From Chara braunii (Eukaryota; Plantae; Charophyceae): 64,000 bases of DNA. The notes under the pieces are model-generated. The model was not told where the DNA came from, did no database searches, and saw nothing but the letters and a program-made list of their open reading frames with translations. The position numbers and the translations under genes were made by a program. Numbering within the stretch: position 1 is the first letter of the stretch; the number at the start of each line of letters is the position of its first letter. This document shows positions 1 to 13,689 of the stretch, piece after piece. The stretch is taken from positions 1,020,755-1,084,754 of the forward strand of contig BFEA01000036.1 of assembly GCA_003427395.1 (NCBI GenBank). The letters run 5' to 3'.

Positions 1-405
1 AGATGGAAAACTCTACAGACTGTCGGTTCACACCCCATCACAAGCCAGCAAAACACCCACGAAACAAAGAAAGGTCTGTCACAGCCAAAAAATACACTCC
101 GGACACGCCGCTGGCACTATAGGCACAGCATGGCCGCGTAGTGACGGCCCCGACCACTGCCGCTCGACCTGACCGGAGAAAACCGTAGCAGGAAGCTAGC
201 GAAGTCGTAGTATATATCGTCCAATAGAACTGCCCAGTAAACCGTTATGTTTATCTATATACACTTATTCAACAGCCTTTGTGTACGGAGGCCCTCGGCC
301 GGATATCCGTCGTTCGGGGTCCTGTCGGAGGTATGAACCTCAAGAGGCGGGGGTATGAACCCCCGCCACAAAGCATTTCCGCACCAAAAAAGAACTACAT
401 GTTTT

Positions 406-422
406 AGGATTTCTGTTATATT
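406..422 (+). repeat. 5' target-site duplication of the LINE
   Basis: AGGATTTCTGTTATATT, identical to 8047-8063. Confidence 0.9.
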
Positions 423-443
423 CGAACATTTGCGGCATAAACG

Positions 444-2831
444 TTGGGCTCACCAGCAAAGCGCCTCAAAGAACTTTGCCTCACTCCCCCCCCCCCCCAA
501 GGGGAGTCGGCGGTGAGCAAGGAGGGGAAGCAAATGGAGGACACAGGGGTCCTAATGGTGGAGGAGAAAGAAGTGGAGTTATGCGGGAAAACACGGCACA
601 TGGAGAAGCCTCGCCCTCCAGCTCAGGGATCGAGCACTGGCCAGCCGCAACTCACCTGGGCAGATAAGCTTAAAAATAAAAACCCACTCCATGGCCAGAC
701 CCTTACCATCCATCGGAGTCAGGGCAGCCCGCGAACAGGGAATCTCGAGATCCCCTTGGATGGGGTGTCACAAGCACGAGCCTTTTTCATAAAGAATTTT
801 TTTCTTCCCTCAGAAACTCGTGTGGTGACACACGGGGGTAAGCAGGCTATGGTAAAGGCATACCTCAAAAGCGGCATAGCCTGCCGAGACGAGGTTTACA
901 TAAAACACGCTAGCAACTGGGTGTTTCATGACGACGCCGCTTACAAATCGGTCAATGAGAAAGTTAAGTGGATCGCCCACCGAGGACGGATGGAAGCATC
1001 TGCGCTGTGAGCGGTCGGAGGTTCGTATTCACTCATGGACACCACAACGTAGACTGGGGCCGGAAGAGAGGAGAGCACAACTCATGCAAGATTTCTACTG
1101 GATGGAGTTTCGCCATATCCCAGTCGAAATTCAGGCTGCATTCGTATACGATTTCGGATTGTTGTACGACATTGTAACGTTCATAGACCCCCTCCCCTCC
1201 TACGTGGCCAAAAGGGATGATTACGTAATGCTGGCGCTAGACTTTCCCCAGGGCCACCCGTTCTCCCTCGATGACGTGATCCCGTATCAGGTTGGAGGAA
1301 GGGAGTACATGATCCACACAGCATACAAACTAAGGCCGTGGTGCCACAAATGTAGGGCATATGGACATTTGAGTACTGAGTATATCTGTCCGCTCCATCC
1401 GCAAAAAAGAACCCGGGAAACCGGAAGACTGCTGAGAGATCTGGTCAAGGTGACCCATTGGAGCACAGTGGATTCGGAAGACTGCCAGAAGGACGGCACC
1501 TCGATCGGATGGAAATGGGAAAAATCCAGAGAACCGGACTGGGGGACGCGCCCCCCAAACACATGGACCCCCCCTGCCCCAGTAGAGAAGCAAACACATG
1601 AGACACAGGCACGCCTTCAGCAGGGTGACCCAGAAACCTCAGGATGGAAAACAGTGGGCAGGAGAGCAGGAAAAGAGAAATGGGTCCAAAAACAGCAGGC
1701 AAAACCCGGCCCGGGGCAAAAAGAATTTCAAAATGATAACTCCATCGCCACCCCGGGTCCCGCTGCTAAGCTGTACATTCAAGAGGAAGGTACAGACGGT
1801 ACCAAGGAACCTCCCACGGACCCCCCCTCACAACAGATACAACAGAGGGGGGGAGGTGGCAGCACATGGATGGACGAGACATCAACACAAGTGGACAAGA
1901 CAGGTGGAGGTAAAGAGACAGCCGGAGGAATTGATTGAGGTAGGAAGTATGGAGGTGGAGGTGGAGGTTTGAGAAGCTGGAACAATCAAGGAAGACAGCA
2001 GGAGAGATCAACTGTGACCCCTTCCAGGCAGTGTTTAACTTGGAACCAATGGAGGTGGACCCACTCCCGGCCAACGCCAACACGTCACCGGAAGTCTTGG
2101 TCCCGGAATGCGACCCGAAAAATGAGGAGGAGGGGGCACTGCCACCACATCTACCGATAGACCAGAAACTGGTCGCCATTGCAAACTGGCTGATGGGGTA
2201 GCCAAACTGTCCCAAACATGGTCCCCTCACTGATGACTTCTGGGACAAGACGTACATAGAATTATTTCCCATGTTAGATACGAGCGCCTCACTCAAAAAT
2301 GTATTAGAAAATGGACAACAACCGGGGGTGAAGTGGACAGATGCATGGCACAGACTGACCACATTAGTTTTTGCTCGTTTTCAACCACCACACGTAGCAC
2401 CCACAAATACTGCGGAGTGGCATAGGACAGATCCGACGGACACGACAAACACTGAACGGACCCAGACGTCTCTAGACCCCCCAGTTCTGCAACAACCAAC
2501 CTCGCCGTCGGGCCCGGAGCCCCCGGACCGTCCGGACCCAAATGAGGATGCACCTTTGGACCTGCTACGAAAAAGAAAACTCAGACATTTGATTGAGCTG
2601 GGCTGTGACTCCGGCTCCTTGTCGCAAGAGGCTATACTGCTTATCCCGGTTCGAAAGAAAAACGAAAAATGGGAGTTAGGACTGTCTCCGGTGGGGAAAG
2701 GCAGGCAGGGGAACAGCACATATAAGGTGGCGGTCGACATTCTGCAGATGCATCTACAAGAACATATTTCAGAAAGTTTATCACCAAGGGCACAGGCAAT
2801 AGCCTCGATCACAACAGACCCCACAAAATAG
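444..2831 (+). pseudogene. LINE ORF1 (gag-like nucleic-acid-binding protein), frameshifted
   Basis: Pieces 444-1010, 928-1938, 2271-2831; N-terminal TWADKLK motif like plant L1 ORF1; knuckle CHKCRAYGHLSTEYIC. Confidence 0.75.
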
Positions 2832-3086
2832 CACAACGAGACGTATTCATACGCTATGATCCGACCAAGGAGGCAGGTCTGAGATGGCACACTCATGCCC
2901 AACTTCTGAATCTGCAAACAACCAAAGTCAGACAAAGTGATACTTGGACTCAACACGATAGTCGGAAATGTTTATGTGTCCTCCTCAGATCCGGCCCCTT
3001 GGCGGGAACTGCACACTGAGACTGGGATCTGCTACCGTGGGTCCACCGTTAAGTGACAATTACACGTCGTATAACAGGAAGAGCAT

Positions 3087-6000
3087 ATGAACAATTCTAG
3101 CAAGATGGACCCGGTCAGAGCGGTATACGGAAAGGACCGCATCTGGAACCAATGTAGGAGAGCAGCAGATCCGGATTTGAGGTCTCTAAATGTGAATGGT
3201 TTGGCCTCATGCAAGCCTGAAAAACAAAACGCAATATGGGACCTAATGAGGGGGGTGGGAGGCAGAAACTGGCCAGACATTGTATGTGTTCAGGAAACAC
3301 ACTTGATAGACACTCCAAAACACAACCGTACCCACAAAATGATCTGGCCATATAAGGCCTTCAGAGCCCATGCCCCAAAAGCGGCTACCGCAGGCAGCGG
3401 AGGGGTAGCCATCTGGATTCCTCCCGAATCCAGGGCGGACCCGGTGCACTGGGTGGTAGATCAGGAAGGGGGCCGATGGGTGTCCATCCTGTTCACACTG
3501 GAAATCGAAATCGTATGCATACTTTGTGTTTACGCCCCCAATATCGTAAGCGAGAGGAGAACCTTTTTTGAGAACCTCAAGACCCAAATCCCGGATAGGG
3601 TTCTGGTCATTATAGCACGGGACTGCAACGCAGCCCCAGATTGTTTGATGGACAGATAGCGAACGCCATCCCCAGCCCCGGCGTAAGTGGAAGAGGATGA
3701 GCGGATAATCCACGAGCTATGTTTGTCGCTAAAAGTGTTTGATTGCTTCCGAAGACTAAACCCGAATACTAGGTTCTATTCGTGCCTACGGAAGACTGAT
3801 ATTGAGAGTCAGTCGAGATCTCGGATAGACTTAATTCTAATCTCAGAAGACATGGCAGGATCGCTGCTCCTAGCAACAATTTTACCTGCCATCCCGTACC
3901 CGGGCCTAGACCACAAAATGTGCACACTGTCATCTTATCGTTCTGACAGAAACCCGACCGTGGACCTGGCTTCTACAAACTCAATACCTCTATTTTAAAA
4001 CAAAATACCTTCCAGAATTACATTAAGGACTGTTGGACATTCTCACACTCACAACGGCAGCATATTCAACAAGACATAGACTGGTTTAACAATGGACTGT
4101 TCTATCTGGGCAAAAAATGTCAAGAACATTCCAAACTTCTGGCCGCGAGAAATCATCAGCAGGGAATGGAAATTCACCAACAATTGCAACAACTGGGGCA
4201 CCGAGAGCAACCAAACAGTTCACACAATGCTCAACACGCACCACACACACAGCCAGAAGATTGTTCAGAAATTCAAACGCTACAACAGCGGCTCCAGACC
4301 TTTGCCACACAATGGTGGGAATGAACACGGATAAGAGAAAGACTGACAAAGCTACAAACGGAAGGTACAATGGAAAAAACATTCTTCAGTATGGCTCGAG
4401 CACGTTCACACAGAACAACCATAGAAGCGCTATACGACCCGCAGACAGGACACCAAGACATTGCCACCTCCTCCCCCCACTGCCTACAGATAGCCAGGTC
4501 CTTCAAGGACCTGTTCACCTCAAGATGTGCTCAGCGGGAGAGGAACGTCAGGGAGAAGGAAATTGGAGACTTCTTGAAACCGCTGGAAAAGACCCTAACG
4601 GACCAACAACAAACGGATTTGGATCGTCCCCTGTCCAAGGAGAAAATTTGGACGGCGATGGATGAAGAGAAGACCCCGGGCATAGATGGATTTCCCAAGG
4701 AATTATGGGAGACCTTCTGGACTCAAATGACCCCGGACCTCATGGATTTTTATCCCCATGTGTGGGACACTGGACAGATGGGGGGAGTTGGTGGGGCAAG
4801 GAATCCTTACTTTGTTACACAAAGTTCTGGTGAACCGTCTAATCCCGGTCCTGGAAGACATTATTCATCCAACGCAGACTGTCTTTGCTAAAGGACGCAG
4901 GATTCAGGATAATATCCTCCTGGTTAATGAAGTTTTTAAACTAACAAGGCAAGACAAGCAGAATGCGGCTGTTGTCTTCATTGATTTTGAAAAAGCGTAT
5001 GACCACATAAATTGGCTATTTTTAGACAAATGTATGGAAAAAATGAACATCGTACCAGCATTCCGGCGATGGACCGAAATACTACATCACAACGTCACTA
5101 CGTGTGTCCAAGTCAATGTTAGGATAGCGCCGGCTTTTCCGCTGCAACGATCACTTCGCCAAGGGGATCCTTTGGCACCCTTCCTCTTCATCATCGTGAT
5201 GGAAGCGCTGGCAGCAAACCTACGGGCCAATAAAGATCTGAGGAGACTGCGGATATCCGATATTCCGGAGGACACGATCCAGGTTTGCTCGATGTCTGCG
5301 GACGACTTGACTCTTATGATAGATGCCACTGCAGCAAACACGAAAGAGATTAGGAGATTATTCGACCAATATAAATCAATCTCAGACATGACTGTCAACT
5401 GGGGAAACAAGACCTTGGGGTGGTGGATCCACCATCAAGGGGTGCGCCCAACGGAGCTACCACGGGTGAAATGGCTCCCCGACACAACCCTGTTAGAGTG
5501 CTTGGAATTAGGTTGACGGCATTGGGCAAACCCGCATCCATCCTAAAGCTTGCTCTCGAAAATTTAGCTAATTGGAAAGACCGGCACACCTCCCTTATCG
5601 ACAGAGCACTCGCGATCAACAGTGTAATACTTGCGGCCTTGTGGTATAAATCTGCAATTTGGACCCTCAGCAAGGAGGTCGTCCGGTCGCTTAAAAGGCA
5701 ACTAGTGGCCCTACTATGGAGAGGTAATGGTGAACTCTCGAACATCAGCAGCAGAGTAGTCTAGCCATCAGTGATCCAACCCAAGGCCAAAGGGGTGCTG
5801 GGGATCCTGGACCCGGACACCCTAATCGCAGCATTAACTGTCCAATGGGTCAGGGGATTGCTGTTCACTGAGCACCTCCCATGGCATGCCCTGGCGCTGG
5901 AACAGATAGCCAGACTCACCCCACAGACACCGCAAGGACTTAGCCCATTGACCTGGTTAGAAGACCGCTTCTAGACTGTACCAAGGCGTCCCCGTATAGA

Positions 6001-7380
6001 GCGAGACTCACCCCGAGATGCAGCCCTTTAGGACCTGGTCAGAGACGACCTCTAGACCCGAGTCATTAAGGCCTGCCGCCAACTTCCTTTGCCTGACCAA
6101 CCTCCACCAACCAGGTGGGAGGAGGTGATGCACCAGCTTCTTTTTGGGAACAGGAAGATAACAGACCGGTACCGCAGGGTGTATCACAGCTCAAACAACC
6201 CGTGGAACAGTTGGGTCATAATTCGAATAAAAGACATATGGGACAAGGAAGTGGGCGACTGGAAATCGGGGCCACAACTGAGAACCATACTAAAACACAG
6301 CCACAAGATTGAGGAGAATGTTGATCTGTTGACCGCAGCAGTCCCCCTTGACTGGGTGCGCATTTTGCGCAGAGGACCACGGCTGAGGGAAGGAGATTGG
6401 GTTGCGGCCCCGGGGGACCCGGAAAGCGGTGGCAATGTGGTGGAGGTAAGATCAGACGAAACTCTGATAAACCTCTTCCACGTTGGCAAGGAAAATATAC
6501 TCACCCCTTACCGCCCAGATGTGCACAGGATACGTGTATTGCGAATAAAGATGTTTGCATCACATATCAGCCAAGCGCTCCTCTGATGGACCCTGACGAG
6601 CCAGTGGGTCCCCGAGCGAAAACCCAAGACAAGGACGAATATAAAACTGCACAGTCTATCAGTGAAGGCCACATATCGTCTCCTTCAAACAAAAGTGAAC
6701 ATAAAGAAATAGTGAAGGTCCGATGGCAGTCACACCTGAAGATAGGGAAGGAGGCAATCCGCTCGATTCGATGTTTCTCTGCCACAAGGTCCAAACCTGC
6801 GAAGATGGCCTCTCTTCAATGGCAGATAGAACACCGCTGCCTGCCCACCCATGACTGGTTGATAGATAGCACATACCTGGAGCAAAAGGGGCAGGCATTA
6901 CCGTGGTGCAAGTCATGCCACACCACTTTTCCCCCCCGCAGAATTCCGGAAACCACAGAGCACATTCATGCAGTGCCCAGGGGCAGTGCTCACATGGCGA
7001 TGGTGGGATAGGACCTGGACTCGGTTGGGCACTGACTCCCACTGGCCATGGGATTGGCAGGCCATCTTTTGGGAGGCATGGTCCTCCCCCACCGACAACA
7101 CCTTCGAAAACAACATGTTCAAGTTAGGAAGACGAGCGGTCATGTGGACCCTCTGGAGAAAACGTTGTATACACATTATGGAGGGAGTCCGCATAACTGG
7201 GGAAAGTCAACAGACATGATAAGGCAATACATTCAACAAGAAATCATGGTACACTGGCGAAGAACGAAAACCCAGCTCGACCTATACCACTCAGTAAAGG
7301 ACATTACACAAGCAATTCACCAATTCTCTGGGGACTGGTTGGGCAGTGAGAATGGGGGCTGGATCGCATCTGTTAAATAA
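3087..7380 (+). pseudogene. LINE ORF2 (APE endonuclease, reverse transcriptase, zinc finger), multiple stops and frameshifts
   Basis: APE: SLNVNGL, DIVCVQETH, VYAPN, SRIDLILIS, DHK; RT: KTPGIDG, GRRIQDNI, IDFEKAYD, RQGDPLAPFLF, ADD; C-terminal CKSC...ETTEHI..QCP. Confidence 0.93.
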
Positions 7381-8046
7381 GGGTAAGCCCTCCCAGGAGG
7401 ACAACCAGGTGGAATTCAGGAGGGACTACCGCATCTGTTTCAGAGACTGGACTACTGTGGGTCAGGAGATCCCGCTGCGACCTGCCACAGAATTCCCCGA
7501 CCCTTTCCCACCCCACCAGCTGGCGATGGTGGACATGCAATGGTACAGAGCAGACTGAATGGGCGACACAGGGCGGACATGGAGAAGACGGGTACCTAGA
7601 GGACGGGCATCCTGAGGAACAGGAAGTGGCTGCTAAAGGAAACACGAAGGATCTGGCGGTCCGGTGCAGACTGAAGAGGTGGCCCTTAACTGGTCCAACA
7701 CAATTAGTCTTAACTGGTCCAACACAATTAGTCTTAATTCTTTATTTTCCACGGAGTTAGCCTCAGGCCCAGTTCTCAGCATAGGAAGCCCACCTGTACA
7801 GTCAATCCCCGGTGTTCCAGGCAATCAATGCTGGCAGGATTGCGCAGAAAAGTTCAGATTTCAGATGAGCAGTCAACCCCCTCGTCGGAGGGCAATCAAT
7901 GCTGCCAGCCAACAACAATCTGCATGTTCTGATGACCTTCATAATGTTCAGGGACGCTGGACCCGATTTCCAGCGGTGTCTGCTCTTACCAGCACCCCTA
8001 GTACCACCTCGGATGTTTTTATAAAAAAAGAAAAAAAGAAAAAATA

Positions 8047-8063
8047 AGGATTTCTGTTATATT
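8047..8063 (+). repeat. 3' target-site duplication of the LINE
   Basis: AGGATTTCTGTTATATT directly after the A-rich tail. Confidence 0.9.
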
Positions 8064-8596
8064 TTGGTAATGTATGATTTAGGTGCATGCGTGGAAATGC
8101 ATGTATATTACAATTCACGTTTTGCATATAAACTGAAAGAAACGAAAGCCACACATACATGCCACCAGCCCGGGGGTATATAATATTTCAAAATGAAATG
8201 GGTTAGGAATCAGGATGTAACTGCTCATCCAAATTATGGTAGTTTTTTTTTTTTTTCATATCGTACGTAAGACTGACATAAATTATAGTAGTAATGCATT
8301 TTATTCCAATTTATTGTCATTTTTTATGCCCATCTTCGGCCCGAATAGGTGGTCTTCGGTGGCTATCTTTTCTCAGTAACACTAACATTTTTCATGACAT
8401 ATATATTATATATATGTATACACACACACACACACACACACATCACCACCTTGTACCAGCAGTTGAACAACGATTTTTCCCTTTCATCTTTGTCACTTTT
8501 ACTTTATTATATTTTGTAATCTTATTGACATGATTCCTTCACCACATTTTTCACCAAACGTTAGTTCATCAACGTGCAAGCCTGTCGAAGAGAGCT

Positions 8597-8633
<37 letters not shown>

Positions 8634-9611
8634 AACACAGAGTTCAAAGGAGTGGCAGGATCTCAGAGATGGTGAAGTTGCAAAGGAGGAGAAATCGAAG
8701 GAAATGAGGGACAGGAGTTGTATATGGGGAAGCGCTTGCCGGAGCGGAGCCCCTAAGATATAAGAAGCTGGCAAACACAGTGTGAGGCAGCGGCAGGGAC
8801 TTCAAACTAGTTTGAAAGTTTGAACAGTGAGGCAAACCGGGTAAGACAGCATGCACGCCCAGGCCTCAACAACAAGGTCCAGATTTATGCCCGAAAGGGC
8901 ATTTCGGTCTACCCACATCTTTTAGAGGCATTTTGGCAAGTACCTCAAGTTGTTTGGGTATTTGGAAAATTATCCCCCAGAAGCACATTAACACTCCGGC
9001 TGCGCTCAAGGCCGCAGACAACCCGACGACTCCTCCCTCTCCTCTATGCAGATAAGCTGGAGCCAGAAGACGGGCGAGCTGAGGGATCCACATTTGTGGA
9101 TCCGTGCACTGCCCTCTACTGATACCTGATACTGTGAGGATGACGTCAGACAGGGGGACATGCCTCAGATAAGACAAAAACTGGCAACGTGTCATCCATC
9201 CCATGTCTCGCCAAAGGATTCCGTCTCATTTTGCAGCCTCCAACCAAAATATGTGCGGACGAAATGGACACGTCACTCCGGCACTCTCCACGTGCACGTC
9301 CTTCCACCGGACAATTCAGAGCGAGTCCCTAATCTGCGTGATCATGGTGCAGTATAAATCAGTGTGTCCCTCCACTACTCTCCAAATGCACAAAATACAA
9401 AAAAATATGGTGACGCATGTTCGCACGCTCCAGCAAAAGATTCAGGGCCATTTTCCACATTTGGATATAGTGGAGCGACTCGCCAATCTGCGCGGTCACA
9501 ATGCAGGATAAATCAACCCATCGCTCCACTACTCTACACCGCTTCGGGACTCTCCACGTGCAGAAAATACGAGAACTGGTACACACTTAACAACAGGGGA
9601 AAAAAGACGGG

Positions 9612-10020
9612 ACACGACGTCTCAAAGAGAAACCACACCCCACACAGGCCCCCTAGGGCCCAACAGGGAAAAGGCCCTTCCGGGAGCATCCCGCAATACC
9701 AACCCTGATCTATCACTGAGACCCCCAGGCGCACTCCAACACCAGTGCCCGACACGACGGCTTAAAGAAAACCACACGCCACTCAGCCCCCCCAGAGCCC
9801 AACAGGGAAAAGGCTCTTTCGGGAGAGTCGCGCAATATCAACCCTGATATGTGGAGACCTCCAGTCACACTCCAACATCAGTGCGCGACACGACGGCTCA
9901 AAGAAAACCACACCCCACTCAGCCCCGACAGGTCCAAAAGGGAAAAGGGTCTTGCGGGAGCATCACCCATGTCAACCCTGATATGTGGAGACACGCAGGC
10001 ACACTCCAACACCAGTGCGC
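9612..10020. repeat. Three diverged tandem units of about 137 bp
   Basis: GACACGACG..AAAG.AAACCACAC...AGGGAAAAGG...CAACCCTGAT...CACTCCAACA.CAGTGC recurs at about 9612, 9751 and 9887. Confidence 0.85.
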
Positions 10021-11751
10021 TTGCAAGCCGTTATTCTCCAACGGTGTCTACATGCACGTCAACGGTCTCCAAAAGCCAAATGCATCCAACATCTGTCCGA
10101 GGCGGTCAAATGCGTCCCACAAGTTTCCAGGGTCAGCCTACCAGAGGCAAAATGGTTGGCGGCACCACGAGCGAAGAGAAGGCCCACACTGGTTCATATT
10201 TGCTGGCACGCAGGATGTTTACAGGCTTGCCGAGGGAAGCATAAGAACGACTGGCGGTTTAAACCACCAGTACATCTTTTTCCCCACTCAGAAATTAAAG
10301 CCACCCTGGTATGTTTGGAAGACACACATGGGAAGGGGCCGGCATATATAAATTTCATAGGCGGCCCGGTTTTCCTTCCGAGCCCCACCAAAACTGCCCG
10401 TGTCCGTAATGTGGGAAAATTACTGGTGGTCGAAAAGCTAGGACGGAGGGCATACGAGGTTACGTGTTGGATCTCACCGTTTCTCACCCTTTTCACTTCC
10501 TGGTTCAGCATCGTCTCCCCTACGAAAAAGGCTCAGCGAAGTAGGTCACTTCAGGAGGGTTTCGTCCTTGCTTTTCCACGCACAACGCACTACCACAACG
10601 CAGCACTTCGTGTGTCCTCTGCAAATGCCCAATATAATATACTTCACATCACTGCCTTACCCTGCCTGGATCCTTCTTCCCATCTCCCACATCCACCCAC
10701 ACATGGGCTTCAGTAGAGCGTACCTCATATCCACCCACCCTCCCCATCAAGCCAAGTTGCCCTGGCAGACGTCACCACAAAAACCATGCCCCCATAAAAC
10801 ATCCATAATCTACTACTGACTTACTTGACCTTTTACAAAAGGCTCTATACAGAGAAAGTGCCTTCCATCCTACACCCTTCCACGTTCCAAAACATCTGCT
10901 CCTCCTCCGCATTCAAAAGCATCTACTCCCCGTGCGCAAATCCACGTACACATTCGTTAACCCCTGCTTACTCAAACCGGTCCACATACGAGAAGACTCC
11001 AGGTAGTCTCAGAATCCTTCCCCCGCATCTCTATTCGATAAAGAGCTTCGGGGAGATTAAAAAAAAAAAAACGATAGAACTCGGAACTCCCCTCTTCACC
11101 CAAATAGAACGCTTAGTAGTTATTGTAATGTCTGGACAGAAAGTCCAACCAAATACAGCTATAGTGACCTTGCACTATATTCCTGTGAGGGCTGTGTTAT
11201 GAGAATTCTGCGCCCAACGGAATGCATACGTAGCTATGAAAACTGCCATCCCCAAACAACTTCCAGGACACACGGCCACTGTGAGATTAGTGCCCAAGTA
11301 GCATTTCATGAGAATGTGCCGAAGCCGAAACTTGCAGCATTAAACCTCCAAGTACGTTTGACTCTTGGCAAAACAGGGAGACTCCAGTGGGTCAGAGGCA
11401 CAGCCCCCATTTTTTTAAGAGTTCATTTTCCCAGCTGTCAAAGGCACTAGTGGTTTAAGCGTTCGTTCACTACTTCGCAAAATTGCCATGAACCTGTTAA
11501 TTAAAAAAAAAAAAAAAAGCGAAGTATTAACCTCAGCTCAGCTTTACAAAAGGCACGCAGTCCAATGGAACAGATTTCAAATACAAAATCATCAACAAGC
11601 TCCGCAGCAAATAACCGAGAGACGGTGGTTTTTGCACAAACCCATCCCAATCAACCCCCCCCCCCCCCCAACTGAAAAGCACCAATTGATTCCTCTCCAA
11701 GTCTTCCCATCGACCCCCCTCCAGCACTCAAAAGTTGATATCCACCCTGTC

Positions 11752-11824
11752 TGCATCGAGCTCGGCAAATGCATCGAGCTCCGCAAATGCATCGATGCTC
11801 GGCAAATGCATCGAGCTCCGCAAA
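11752..11824. repeat. Minisatellite, about 18 bp x4
   Basis: TGCATCGAGCTC(C/G)GCAAA repeated four times. Confidence 0.85.
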
Positions 11825-12292
11825 GAATGTGCTTTACCTCGTATTAAAATTCATTCACAGATCGGCAGAGAATGAAGACCGAGACCAATTTCAAGTGCAC
11901 AAACAGAGTAGACAGATCAAACTCAGACAAGATGAGCAGCTGGCATCACGTTTCTTAAACGGCAGGACGTTTGGCAGAACAGACAGGAGAGCAGGGTCAA
12001 GAAGGATTTGATGCCTTTCTGTGCACTCGCAGGACAAGGATAAGAGAGAATGGTCACAAAAAGAGCTGTGCTGCACAAAATGAGAAATCCAGGTAATCTT
12101 TTAATTGATATGATATACTTTAAATGAAATTCCCACTTGTTCCTCGTTGAAAGAACAGCTCTGCAGCAGACAGCTGTACACAACATGGGAGGGACTTGAA
12201 AAAAAAAAAAAAGAAAAAAAAAAGGATCTCCAGTGATTCTCCACAAATCCGTTTCTCCTCTTAACACATAAAACGAGCATATTTCTGTAAAA

Positions 12293-13057
12293 NNNNNNNN
12301 NNNNNNNNNNNNNNNNNNNNNNNNNNNNNNNNNNNNNNNNNNNNNNNNNNNNNNNNNNNNNNNNNNNNNNNNNNNNNNNNNNNNNNNNNNNNNNNNNNNN
12401 NNNNNNNNNNNNNNNNNNNNNNNNNNNNNNNNNNNNNNNNNNNNNNNNNNNNNNNNNNNNNNNNNNNNNNNNNNNNNNNNNNNNNNNNNNNNNNNNNNNN
12501 NNNNNNNNNNNNNNNNNNNNNNNNNNNNNNNNNNNNNNNNNNNNNNNNNNNNNNNNNNNNNNNNNNNNNNNNNNNNNNNNNNNNNNNNNNNNNNNNNNNN
12601 NNNNNNNNNNNNNNNNNNNNNNNNNNNNNNNNNNNNNNNNNNNNNNNNNNNNNNNNNNNNNNNNNNNNNNNNNNNNNNNNNNNNNNNNNNNNNNNNNNNN
12701 NNNNNNNNNNNNNNNNNNNNNNNNNNNNNNNNNNNNNNNNNNNNNNNNNNNNNNNNNNNNNNNNNNNNNNNNNNNNNNNNNNNNNNNNNNNNNNNNNNNN
12801 NNNNNNNNNNNNNNNNNNNNNNNNNNNNNNNNNNNNNNNNNNNNNNNNNNNNNNNNNNNNNNNNNNNNNNNNNNNNNNNNNNNNNNNNNNNNNNNNNNNN
12901 NNNNNNNNNNNNNNNNNNNNNNNNNNNNNNNNNNNNNNNNNNNNNNNNNNNNNNNNNNNNNNNNNNNNNNNNNNNNNNNNNNNNNNNNNNNNNNNNNNNN
13001 NNNNNNNNNNNNNNNNNNNNNNNNNNNNNNNNNNNNNNNNNNNNNNNNNNNNNNNNN
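12293..13057. other. Assembly gap
   Basis: Run of N. Confidence 1.
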
Positions 13058-13583
13058 GGGGGGGGGGGGGGAAAGGGGAGTATAAATGAGGGTTCTTATT
13101 TATTATTTGATAATAAATCAAAAGGACTTTATCTATTCCAGAAGGCATATCGTCACCATGCTAATCTTCTCTGTATAGATCTTTTTTTTAATCATTCCCG
13201 TTTTAACAGCATGTCCCGGAAGACGTGAAGCATTTTTTCTTCATTTGATAAAAAAAGGACTTTATACATACAGAGAAGCGTCACCAGCAGTTCCTTCTCC
13301 GACGGGAAGTCGCAAAAATACAGATACAAGAGGGCATATCGTCAATATCAAGCCAAATATCAAACTGCACGGTCCGGAGAGTCCTAAGAGGCGCATTGCA
13401 AACTGCACACTGCACGGTCGTCTCCTTAAGAAAACATGGCAGCAAACGCCAATGGGAGTCCACTAGCTGAACAAGAATACCGATACTCACATCAGAAATC
13501 AAAGACCGCATAAAAAGATAGGGGACCTGCATTTTCCCTAAAGCATTCGCAGCGGGCCCTGCCCTGTGGAACAACGTCCATAC

Positions 13584-13689
13584 CTTAAGTCTAGGTAACC
13601 TCTTCACAGCTCGAATGCTCTCCCTGGAGACTGCTCCTTCAGGCCAATTAAGCTCTTTCCCCTGCCGGAAGTACTTCTCACTTCGTCGG
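13584..13689 (-). CDS. AFC: AFC kinase exon 11
   Basis: [35 protein letters not shown] followed by donor |GTATGG. Confidence 0.93.

Larger units (their letters stand above)
423..8046 (+). mobile_element. Non-LTR retrotransposon (LINE, L1/Tx1-like), near full length, decayed
   Basis: ORF1 with zinc knuckle, then APE endonuclease, RT and C-terminal zinc-finger motifs in order; A-rich tail at 8021-8044; flanked by identical 17-bp AGGATTTCTGTTATATT at 406-422 and 8047-8063. Confidence 0.95.

Noticed and set aside
12261-13148. 295-aa ORF (also 57762-58316)
   Set aside because: Made of assembly-gap Ns
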